Assembly (NCBI GenBank): GCA_017543905.1
Contig: JAFYFC010000040.1
Span: forward strand, 114,824-178,823
Direction of reading: 5' to 3'
Source: Clostridia bacterium
GTDB lineage: Bacteria; Bacillota; Clostridia; Christensenellales; Aristaeellaceae
Length of the DNA: 64,000 bases
Position 1 is the stretch's first letter, and each line of letters begins with the position of its first letter. The notes beneath the pieces were generated by a model. The model made no database searches and was not told where the DNA came from. It was given only the letters and a program-made list of their open reading frames with translations. The translations under genes were made by a program, and so were the position numbers. Below are positions 7,690 to 15,157 of the stretch, one piece after another.

Positions 7690-9278
7690 TGCCTCACAAA
7701 ATCCTTTACGTCCTCTCCCAGCGAGAGCGTGTACAGCCAGTCGACCTCATCGCCGTCCGCAAGCAGATAATCCCCGCAGCTGACGTTCGGAGACACGCCG
7801 TTTACGTGATAAATCCAGCCGGACATATCTCCGAATTCACGCTCGTACAGGTAATTGATACCCGCTATGTATACCATGCCGTGCGCGTTCAGCGCCCCGC
7901 CGCGGTTTTCGACCTGCAGACTGTGCTCACGCGCGGCGCGGGTAAGCGCGTCAAATACCGAGTCCCCTTCGTACAGCTTTACTTCCGTGACCGGCAGGAT
8001 CACTCCATCGGCAGGTATGTATTCCTTGTCCGTCGTTCCCGCGACGATATCGCAGCGCACGGTCAGCGTTACCGTGCCGATATACTGTTTGTTCGAGTTG
8101 TCCTCGGGCGAGTAATAACTGCGCACGCTTTCAAAATCCGTGAGCAGCGTCAAGCCCCCGAGCACTATTGCCGCCGCCAGCACGAAAACGTAATTCTTTA
8201 CGTGCCGTTTGCCTTTTATCGTAAGCGCGATACACGCCGCGAGCGCGCACGCGCCAACAGAAATCAATACTATCGCTTTATACGAAAGGCCGCCGTCTTC
8301 GCTTTCAGCGCTCAGCAGCGCTTCCGCCCTTGTGTTTGGGACGATCTGGCTGTCCAGGTTATAAAACGCTCCGCGCCCGCTTCTGAGCCTCCATACGGAC
8401 ACCAAAGCGTAAAACGCCTGCGTAACGGCGCTGTTGTTCGCCGGACCGTCCTTGACGTGGCGAAACGCGCCCTCGGCTGTGCGATACGACAGCAGCGCGT
8501 CGACGGCGCTGTTCCCGTTTTTTATGAAACGCGCGTCTTTTTCGGGCTCGATGCCAAGGTTCGTCAGCGCCATTATTACCTGAGCGCAGGATTCGCAGTT
8601 TTCGCTGCCGTAGCTCGCAAAGCCGCCGTTTTCAAGCTGTCGGGACGACAGCAGCTCAAGCGCTTCGTCCACAGCTTCGTGCACGCGGAGATCGGAAGCA
8701 TACGCTGGCGCCAGCGCCTGCAGCGCCATCGCGGTGACGTCCACGTCCGGATTGCTGCCTGTAACAGCCCAGCCCCCGCCCTTGCGCAGGGAGAGCAGGG
8801 TGTCTGTCACCTCTTTGACGTCAGCGGCGTCTCCGGAAGCGCAATTATTTAACAGATGCAGCCCGTAAATATACGACATCACGCCCATTTGGCCGATCGA
8901 GTCGCTCAGCGTGCGCTTTACGAATTCGTTCTCACGCTCGCCGCAGGATATATACACCAAAGCGATTTTCTGTCTCTCCGTAGCGCTGCTTATCGTGTTT
9001 TCAGATACGTATTTATTTAGCGCCGCGAGGTAAGCAGCAGGATCAAATGCGAAACCGTACTGACGCAGCGTGATCACGTACCATTCCGCGCCGCGCCCCG
9101 CGTTTTCGGCAAGATATGTGTCCGCAAGCTCCTGCACGCTTTCGGCGCCTGCTTCTATGAGTCTTAAAGAGATGATTCCATCCGCACTTGCGGATACGTC
9201 TGTAAGGAATCTGCCCTCCGCTGTGCACGATGCAAGCAGCAGCACCAGCGCGATAAGCGCACACGCGATTCTTCTCAT
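7686..9278 (-). CDS. Lipoprotein with alpha/alpha-toroid (prenyltransferase/transcobalamin-alpha-like) repeats, two TM helices and a C-terminal DUF4430 (transcobalamin-beta-like) domain
   Basis: 530 aa, RBS AGGAGG. Lipobox LLASC. Repeats GGWAVTGSNPDVDVTAMALQAL, ENGGFASYGSENCESCAQVIMAL, AEGAFRH..NNSAVTQAFYAL. Hydrophobic helices IVLISVGACALAACIALTI and VFVLAAAIVLGGLTLL. DUF4430-like tail VTLTVRCD...GWIYHVNG..GDYLLADGDEVDWLY. Confidence 0.7.
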   Translation of the reverse strand: MRRIACALIALVLLLASCTAEGRFLTDVSASADGIISLRLIEAGAESVQELADTYLAENAGRGAEWYVITLRQYGFAFDPAAYLAALNKYVSENTISSATERQKIALVYISCGERENEFVKRTLSDSIGQMGVMSYIYGLHLLNNCASGDAADVKEVTDTLLSLRKGGGWAVTGSNPDVDVTAMALQALAPAYASDLRVHEAVDEALELLSSRQLENGGFASYGSENCESCAQVIMALTNLGIEPEKDARFIKNGNSAVDALLSYRTAEGAFRHVKDGPANNSAVTQAFYALVSVWRLRSGRGAFYNLDSQIVPNTRAEALLSAESEDGGLSYKAIVLISVGACALAACIALTIKGKRHVKNYVFVLAAAIVLGGLTLLTDFESVRSYYSPEDNSNKQYIGTVTLTVRCDIVAGTTDKEYIPADGVILPVTEVKLYEGDSVFDALTRAAREHSLQVENRGGALNAHGMVYIAGINYLYEREFGDMSGWIYHVNGVSPNVSCGDYLLADGDEVDWLYTLSLGEDVKDFVRQ

Positions 9279-9305
9279 GCGATTCCTCCTTGCAGCGTTT
9301 TGCCA

Positions 9306-9334
9306 ATTATACCACTCATACGCTTATAGCGCAA
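9306..9334 (-). promoter_or_regulatory. Promoter TTGCGC-17-TATAAT (TGn extended -10)
   Basis: Minus-strand hexamers at 9334-9329 and 9311-9306. Only about 25 nt separate the -10 from the RBS of the 9278 gene. Confidence 0.45.
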
Positions 9335-9496
9335 ACCCGGCGGGATTGTTTGCATTCTATTAACACTGATGCACTGCTGCAGCTTTATACTCATGTTCGT
9401 GCGAAACCGGATCAGTCTTACGATTCTATGTAGTAAGACCTTAATATGCAGTTCCAAAGGCAATTGATATTCTGAGTAAATCGCTTATATGGGGAT

Positions 9497-9883
9497 TTAC
9501 CAGCGTGTCATATTCGTATGGAACTTTTGCACGTATGCTTTTTTCAGTTCGTCCGCAGATATTCCATAGCACAGCAAAACATCGTTATAATACATCAATA
9601 CGTCCGCCAATTCTTCAACCAAACGCTCGCGCTGATTGCTTTCCTGGCTTGCTGCTTCAGCACCGTTCTTTTTTATTATATCTATTACCTCGCCAATCTC
9701 CCCAATCATCCACAGCAACTGGTTTGTGCAAATTTCAGGCGATAGACCGCCCCACTTGTCTTCATATCTCTTCTGCAGAGACCTTTGCATTTCAAGCATT
9801 TCATTGATCCAAAATCGCTCATCGTTCCGCCTCTCAGCGTTAATCTGTCTGTCCGGCACTAATACATTTGATATCCGGTTCAT
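9497..9883 (-). CDS. MazG-like nucleoside triphosphate pyrophosphohydrolase
   Basis: 128 aa: MIGEIGEVIDIIKK ... LVEELADVLMYYNDVLLCYGIS (EExxE/D metal-binding helices). The gene is visibly more AT-rich than its neighbours. Confidence 0.75.
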   Translation of the reverse strand: MNRISNVLVPDRQINAERRNDERFWINEMLEMQRSLQKRYEDKWGGLSPEICTNQLLWMIGEIGEVIDIIKKNGAEAASQESNQRERLVEELADVLMYYNDVLLCYGISADELKKAYVQKFHTNMTRW

Positions 9884-9894
9884 GCTGCTTTCCC

Positions 9895-10779
9895 CTACTT
9901 CTCGAAATGCAGCACCGACTTGTCCGTGTGCTTCAGGTCTTTACAGCCGGTGAAGGCCATATATTTGCGCAGGGCGGCGGTTTCACGCCTGACCCAGTCG
10001 CTTACTCCCTGAGCGCCCGCTTCCTTGATCGCCGTCATAAGCGGTCTGCCGACACATACGCCCTGCGCGCCCAGACACAGATATTTGAACGCGTCGGCGC
10101 CGCTGTTTATCACGCAGTCAGCAAATACGCTTATACCGGAAAGCAGCGTTTCGTCCGTCTCGCGCAGAAAACGCGCAGGCGGAAGCGCGTAAGCTATGCG
10201 GTTGTTGTGATGCGAAATCACCACTCCGTCCGCGCCTGCGGCTTTGCAGGCTTTCAGATCGTATTCGCTCAGCACGCCTTTCACTATGAACGGAAGACGC
10301 GTCGAACGCTTAAGTTCTGTAAGCTCCGCGCTGTTCAGCGGCCGCATGTCACATCCGTTTACCACGTCGTTTTTGCCGTCGCTGCCGAACGAATGGTCTA
10401 TGTCCACGCCTACGGCGAGGAAGCCAAGTTCCTCGGCTTTGCGTATACGCGCGTATATGCATTCCCTGTCCGCGTAGGGCTTTATGATCTCCACTATACT
10501 CGCGCCCGTCGCAGCGCACATTTCCGCCTCGCGGTCGTTCGTCATTCCCAGCCACATAAGCGCGCCGGACGCCGCCATCCCCTCGGCATACAGCCTCATC
10601 GCTCCGTCGAACATGAACCTGTCTAAATGGCTGAGCGCCGCGGACATTATCGGCGTCGGAAAGCTGCGGCCGAAAAACTCGAACGTCGTATCCGGCTCAC
10701 AGCCGTTTATATAACGGGTTTCTATAAGTATGCTGTCAAGATATGCCCGCGTGATAAGATTGCTGTCAGAAGCGTTCAT
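9895..10779 (-). CDS. FMN-dependent alpha-hydroxy-acid dehydrogenase/oxidase family protein
   Basis: The track ORF extends to 11013. I prefer ATG 10779 (MNASDSN..., RBS GGGGGATAACT). Blocks LPFIVKGV, GADGVVISHHNNR, VFADCVINSGADAFKYLCLGAQGVCVGRP. 294 aa. Confidence 0.7.
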   Translation of the reverse strand: MNASDSNLITRAYLDSILIETRYINGCEPDTTFEFFGRSFPTPIMSAALSHLDRFMFDGAMRLYAEGMAASGALMWLGMTNDREAEMCAATGASIVEIIKPYADRECIYARIRKAEELGFLAVGVDIDHSFGSDGKNDVVNGCDMRPLNSAELTELKRSTRLPFIVKGVLSEYDLKACKAAGADGVVISHHNNRIAYALPPARFLRETDETLLSGISVFADCVINSGADAFKYLCLGAQGVCVGRPLMTAIKEAGAQGVSDWVRRETAALRKYMAFTGCKDLKHTDKSVLHFEK

Positions 10780-10799
10780 AGTTATCCCCCTTTTGCCGC

Positions 10800-11747
10800 T
10801 TAGTCGTATGCTGCGAACAGTCCGCCCGCGCCGCCGGTGTGCACGAAAAGCACGTTTTCGGAGGCAGCGAAGGCCCGTTCGCGCGCCAGCGCGATCAGCC
10901 CCGCGAACGCCTTGCCCGTATAGACGGGATCGAGAAAAATGCCCTCGTTTTCGGCCATAAGCCGTATGGCGGCATTGCCCTCCTCCGACGGCTTCGCGTA
11001 ACCCGGGCCGCACATGTCGCGCAGGGAAAAATCGTCCCCTGTTATTCTGATTTCAGTTTCCAGCATCGCTGCCGCTTCACGCATCAGGCGTAGCGTTATC
11101 ACGTCGAACGGGTCCGTGTCCACCATCATGCCGTGCACGCGCGTGCCGGGCAAAAACAGCTTAGCGCCCAGCGCGAGCCCCGCCATCGTCCCGCCGCTGC
11201 CTTCCGCGCAGACTATGTGGTCGAAGCGTACGCCCTGCTCGCTTATCTCCCGTACGCAGTCGACGTAGCCCAGCGTGCCCAGCGCGTTCGAGCCGCCGCA
11301 GGGGATTTTGTAATACACTGCGCCGAGGCTGCGTCCCACACTATCCATCTCCGCGTAAATATCGGCGTAGTCGTCGGTGTCGATGAAGCGCACGTCGGTG
11401 TTCATCAGGTGTTCGAGCAGGAGGTTGCCGCGCCGGGCCGTGACGCCGCGCTTTTTAAGCAGCAGTATCGGCGTCATGCCGAGCTTGCGCGCGGCGGCGG
11501 CTGTAAGCATAGCGTGGTTGGATTGCGCGCCGCCCGTAGTGAACACTACCTGCGCGCCTTTGTTTTGCGCGTCCGCAAGCAAAAACTCGAGCTTACGCAG
11601 CTTGTTTCCGCCCAGCCCCAGCCCCGTGAGATCGTCTCGCTTTATATACAGGTTTATTCCGAGCAGGCGGCTGAGATTGTCAAGATGCTGAACGGGCGTT
11701 GGAAAAATACCGAGGCTTACGCGCGGGAACGTACTCAAAGCCTTCAT
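10800..11747 (-). CDS. PLP-dependent D-cysteine desulfhydrase / ACC deaminase family protein
   Basis: 315 aa: GGNKLRKLEFLLADAQNKGAQVVFTTGGAQSNH with the PLP lysine block. The ATG abuts the stop of the upstream gene (TAAATG). Confidence 0.8.
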   Translation of the reverse strand: MKALSTFPRVSLGIFPTPVQHLDNLSRLLGINLYIKRDDLTGLGLGGNKLRKLEFLLADAQNKGAQVVFTTGGAQSNHAMLTAAAARKLGMTPILLLKKRGVTARRGNLLLEHLMNTDVRFIDTDDYADIYAEMDSVGRSLGAVYYKIPCGGSNALGTLGYVDCVREISEQGVRFDHIVCAEGSGGTMAGLALGAKLFLPGTRVHGMMVDTDPFDVITLRLMREAAAMLETEIRITGDDFSLRDMCGPGYAKPSEEGNAAIRLMAENEGIFLDPVYTGKAFAGLIALARERAFAASENVLFVHTGGAGGLFAAYD

Positions 11748-12596
11748 TTATGCCTCCCTGCGGTACAGAAGTCCGCTCTCAGAAAGATAGTTTTTAAGCA
11801 TCAGCGGCCAGTCGGTCTGTATGAAATCGAAGCCGCGCCGCGCCAGCCAGCCCCAGTGCGCGTCCATCCCCTGCGTAAGCGCCGCGTCGTCGCTGTGTCC
11901 GCCCGCGAGCACCGCGTGATAGTCGTACACGATGGAATTCACCCAGCTGAGTATGCCGTCCCTGCGCAGAGCGTCCAGATATTCCCTCTGGCACAGCTCG
12001 CTCGATTCGTCCGAAAACAGCAGCTCCTGCCCCATATAGTTGAGCTTGCGGCGCTTTAAGCTTTCGTGCGCCTCACGGGCGTTTTTCGTGAGAATCACCA
12101 CATACTGTACGTCCTGCGCGTACTCTTCTATAAGGTCTAAAAGCACGCCGTGCGGAGACGTTTTGACGAGTACCTGCTCCATCATGCCGTGCGCGCGGAT
12201 ACGCTCGGTGATCTCGCGCGGATGCTCCCAGAATTTGTCGCAGTTTATGTAGCAGCATCCCTTGAAGCGCTCCAGCACCTCGTCCAGCGTGTTAAGCCCA
12301 AACTGCGTGGCAGAGTCGTCCTGATTTACGAATCTCAGCTTTTTTACCTCGCACGAGGGCAGCGCGCTTATATGAACGCCCGGGCTGTTAAGGTGGGCGT
12401 GCTCCATGCCCGGATGGAATATGAACAGCTCTCCGTCCGCGCTCATGGTCACGTCGATTTCTATCATGTCCGCGCCCTGACGAAGCGCAATTTCATACGC
12501 GGATATCGTGTTGCAGGGAATGTTTCCGCCGCTCACGCCGCGGTGCGCCACTATTATAAGCTTCTCCCGCGCAGTTTTGCGCAGATCAAAATCCAT
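11748..12596 (-). CDS. Glycerophosphodiester phosphodiesterase family protein
   Basis: IVAHRGVSGG..NT..AYE..GADMIEIDV..DGELFIFHP. The track start is 12611. The second ATG at 12596 has the better RBS (GGAGGACGGCTTT). Confidence 0.75.
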   Translation of the reverse strand: MDFDLRKTAREKLIIVAHRGVSGGNIPCNTISAYEIALRQGADMIEIDVTMSADGELFIFHPGMEHAHLNSPGVHISALPSCEVKKLRFVNQDDSATQFGLNTLDEVLERFKGCCYINCDKFWEHPREITERIRAHGMMEQVLVKTSPHGVLLDLIEEYAQDVQYVVILTKNAREAHESLKRRKLNYMGQELLFSDESSELCQREYLDALRRDGILSWVNSIVYDYHAVLAGGHSDDAALTQGMDAHWGWLARRGFDFIQTDWPLMLKNYLSESGLLYRREA

Positions 12597-12629
12597 AAAG
12601 CCGTCCTCCATTTTAACAAAAATACTGCC

Positions 12630-13508
12630 TTACGGCAGCATGCTCTTGGTGACCTTGCCCGTCACGCGCCCGAAGCAGCGCACGGAAGCATATTCGCCCG
12701 GACGTATCACGTCGTAAGCGTTGTTGAGCGGATACAGACCGTCCGCGCGGTATTGCTTTATCATGCCCTCGCCGTCTATGACGAACACGCCTATTTCGCC
12801 CTCGCGCAGCGTCTGCGTATGCGTTACCAGCGCAAGGTCTCCGTCTGAATACATAGGCTCCATGCTGCTGCCGCTCACGCGCACGATCTCGTCGCACGCT
12901 TCAAGCTGCGCGCATCTGAGCAAGCGCAGGCGCTCGCCCTCGCTGCCGTCTGAAAGATACACGCCGTCGCCCGCGCACATCGCAAGCTCGTTGACCGGCA
13001 GTGTCACGTACCTGCGGGAGGACGTCTGCGCGGGGCGCGCGCTGCAGGGCGAAACGTCCTTTTCCGGCGCGGCCCTGCGCGCTTTTGCAAGCGGGATTAT
13101 TTCCGTCTGCGAGGCATCCGTCCGCACAGGTACCCCTGCGCTCGCTATGCGCATAAAGCGCGTCATTTCCGATATATATAAACGCTCGCGTTCGGGCAGT
13201 GCGCGGTAGCTGTCAAGCAGCGCGCGCTCCTCAGGCGTAAGCGTTTCCGTCTGTTTTAAGCCGAGCAATTCGTCGCTGCTTACGGAAAGCGCGGCGCACA
13301 GCCGCTTCACGCTGTCGAGGTCAGGGCGCGTACGGCCGTATTCCCACGCGGAAACGCCGCCCAGCGTCATGTGCATTTCGCGCGCGAGCTCGCTTCTGCT
13401 TATGCCCCTGAGCATGCGCAGACGAGCGATGTTCTCCCCCAGCGAGGCGGGCGATTCGGCGCCGCTTTGCGCGGGCATGTCCTTGCCGTATTCAGTCGTT
13501 CCGTTCAT
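12630..13508 (-). CDS. LexA/CI-like repressor: XRE HTH + S24 self-cleaving peptidase domain
   Basis: I prefer ATG 13508 (MNGTTEYGK.., RBS AAAGGAG). HTH LRGISRSELAREMHMTLGGVSAWEYG. Candidate Ala-Gly cleavage site MCAGDG. S24 Ser block VSGSSMEP and Lys block MIKQYR. 292 aa. Confidence 0.8.
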   Translation of the reverse strand: MNGTTEYGKDMPAQSGAESPASLGENIARLRMLRGISRSELAREMHMTLGGVSAWEYGRTRPDLDSVKRLCAALSVSSDELLGLKQTETLTPEERALLDSYRALPERERLYISEMTRFMRIASAGVPVRTDASQTEIIPLAKARRAAPEKDVSPCSARPAQTSSRRYVTLPVNELAMCAGDGVYLSDGSEGERLRLLRCAQLEACDEIVRVSGSSMEPMYSDGDLALVTHTQTLREGEIGVFVIDGEGMIKQYRADGLYPLNNAYDVIRPGEYASVRCFGRVTGKVTKSMLP

Positions 13509-13536
13509 TGCAGCGCTCCTTTTGCGGTTTGTATGC

Positions 13537-13565
13537 ATTATAGCACATTTACGCAGTTTTGTAAA
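13537..13565 (-). promoter_or_regulatory. Promoter TTTACA-17-TATAAT for the S24 repressor
   Basis: Minus-strand hexamers at 13565-13560 and 13542-13537. Confidence 0.55.
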
Positions 13566-13640
13566 CAGCGTTATGCAAACTCGATACAATTTGTATTGTT
13601 ATATTTGCGTAATATTGCATTTCTTGCACATTTTTAGTGG

Positions 13641-13670
13641 TTGACAGTTACTATCTGTATCGTTTATAAT
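13641..13670 (+). promoter_or_regulatory. Promoter TTGACA-18-TATAAT for the XRE-ImmA pair
   Basis: Hexamers at 13641-13646 and 13665-13670. Nearby palindrome TACAATTTGTA and several TTGCA/TGCAA repeats between the divergent promoters. Confidence 0.6.
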
Positions 13671-13694
13671 ATGCCCGTAAATCAGGAGGCAGAC

Positions 13695-14066
13695 ATGGAC
13701 GGCATCAGCTTCGGCAGGTTCATATCCGGCAAACGCAGGCGCGCGGGGCTCACGCTCAGGCAGCTTGCGGACAGGCTGGGCATAAGCACGGCGTATCTCA
13801 GCGACGTGGAGAAGGGCCGCCGTTACGCGTTCGACCTGGAAAGGCTGCGCGTTTTCGCGCACGAAACGGCGCTCGACCGCAAGGAGACAGAGCTTTTGTA
13901 CGATCTCGCGGGTCAGAGCCGCGGGCAGGTCTCGCCGGACATAAACGAGTACCTGTATTCAAACTCCTATATCTGCGCCGCCCTGCGCACGGTCAGGACC
14001 TTAAACGCCGACGCGGAGGACTGGAAGCTGCTGCTGGATGAGCTCAAGAAAAGAAAGGGTGTGTAG
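13695..14066 (+). CDS. XRE family (Cro/ImmR-like) transcriptional regulator
   Basis: I prefer ATG 13695 (MDGISFGRFISGKRRRAGLTLRQLADRLGISTAYLSDVEKGRR), RBS AGGAGG 6 nt upstream. 123 aa. Confidence 0.8.
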   Translation: MDGISFGRFISGKRRRAGLTLRQLADRLGISTAYLSDVEKGRRYAFDLERLRVFAHETALDRKETELLYDLAGQSRGQVSPDINEYLYSNSYICAALRTVRTLNADAEDWKLLLDELKKRKGV

Positions 14067-14067
14067 A

Positions 14068-14799
14068 ATGAATTACTCATATATAGATACCGAGCCTGCA
14101 TGCGTGCCGTATCTGAGCAGCGCGTATATAGACAGCCGCTGCGGCGAGCTCGTACGCAAATTCGATCCGAAGGCCGCGCTGGGTCTGCGTCCGCTGAATA
14201 TAGAGCAGTTCATCACCGGCTTTTTAGGCTTAAGGCTCGAATTCGAGCATCTTTCAAGCGACCATAGCGTGCTCGGCGCAGCCGTGTTCGCGGACGGAGA
14301 GCTGCCCGTGTACGACAGGGAACGCGGGTCTGCAGTCTACAGGCGCGTGCGCGAAGACAGCGTGTTTATAGACCCCTTCCTCACCCGCGCGGGCAAAAAC
14401 AACCTCTACCGCTTCACGCTTGCGCACGAGGCGGGACACGCACTGTGGCACGGCATGTACCAGAGAGCGCGTCTGCGCGCGGGCAAAACCATTAAACCAT
14501 ACCTCTCGTGCGAACGGCAAAACGTGACGTCCGCGGGCGCGGACACGGATCGCTTATCTGACCGCCGCAGCTTATTGGAGTATCAGGCGAACCGTTCCGC
14601 CGCCGCACTGCTTATGCCCGAAAGCGCGATAAACAAGCTTGTCTCGTCGTTTGGCGAATACCGCACAACAGACGAAATCGCAGACCTCGTAATCTTCATA
14701 GCGGGCGCGTGCCGCGTAAGCGACAAAGCCGCCGCCTGCAGGCTAAAGCAGCTGGGGCTGATTTCGGAAAGCGGAGAAAGAGAAAAAATATTAGCTTAA
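14068..14799 (+). CDS. ImmA/IrrE family zinc metallopeptidase (COG2856)
   Basis: I prefer ATG 14068, 1 nt after the XRE stop. HExxH motif in TLAHEAGHALWHG, downstream EYQANRSAAALLMP. 243 aa. Confidence 0.8.
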   Translation: MNYSYIDTEPACVPYLSSAYIDSRCGELVRKFDPKAALGLRPLNIEQFITGFLGLRLEFEHLSSDHSVLGAAVFADGELPVYDRERGSAVYRRVREDSVFIDPFLTRAGKNNLYRFTLAHEAGHALWHGMYQRARLRAGKTIKPYLSCERQNVTSAGADTDRLSDRRSLLEYQANRSAAALLMPESAINKLVSSFGEYRTTDEIADLVIFIAGACRVSDKAAACRLKQLGLISESGEREKILA

Positions 14800-14811
14800 G
14801 CGGCAGAGCCC

Positions 14812-15121
14812 TTCGATTGAAATGAAGCTGCGCTTCATTTCAATCGGGTGGGGTTGGTGTAGCGGAATAAGGTGCTTGGATAAAACGTTCGGCTTTTGGA
14901 TGGGCCGAGGCGGGTTTTGCAATTTTTGCTGAAAATCCTGCGGGATTTTCCGGGCGCAAAAATTGTAAGGTAGCGATTATTTGCTCCGGTCGTCTTCGCT
15001 GCGCTGCGCTCCCTGCGCAAAAATCGCGTCCTCGCGCCGTACATGCCGCCGCTGCGGAATGAAGTTGGACGGGCAAGCCCCTCCAAGCCACCCCTCGGGC
15101 TTGTTTGCTTCGCTGAAGCCC
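14812..15121. repeat. Intergenic repeat family, copy 1 (about 310 bp, multi-hairpin)
   Basis: Aligns by eye over its whole length with 21472-21851. Opens with the perfect hairpin TCGATTGAAATGAAGC-TGCG-CTTCATTTCAATCG and ends GGGCTTGTTTGCTTCGCTGAAGCCC. Lies between convergent genes. Confidence 0.8.
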
Positions 15122-15157
15122 CTTTTATTTGTTTATCTCCAATGTATAATATCAGCT

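Noticed and set aside
9279-9496. Looked for a cobalamin riboswitch upstream of the transcobalamin-like gene
   Set aside because: I could not find the B12-box or GGTGAAAATCC-like core elements in the right order on the minus strand. The best promoter leaves only about 25 nt of 5' UTR. Two small hairpins are present, but nothing riboswitch-sized.
14835-15086. 83-aa ORFs inside the repeat copies (14835..15086 and 14840..15091, and 21380..21625 and 21698..21928), which share peptide strings such as KNCKT..PSKSRTFYPSTL
   Set aside because: The shared peptides simply reflect the DNA repeat. The frame is broken differently in the two copies by the insertion and indels. There is no RBS, and the ORFs run antisense through hairpins. 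I treated them as a non-coding repeat.
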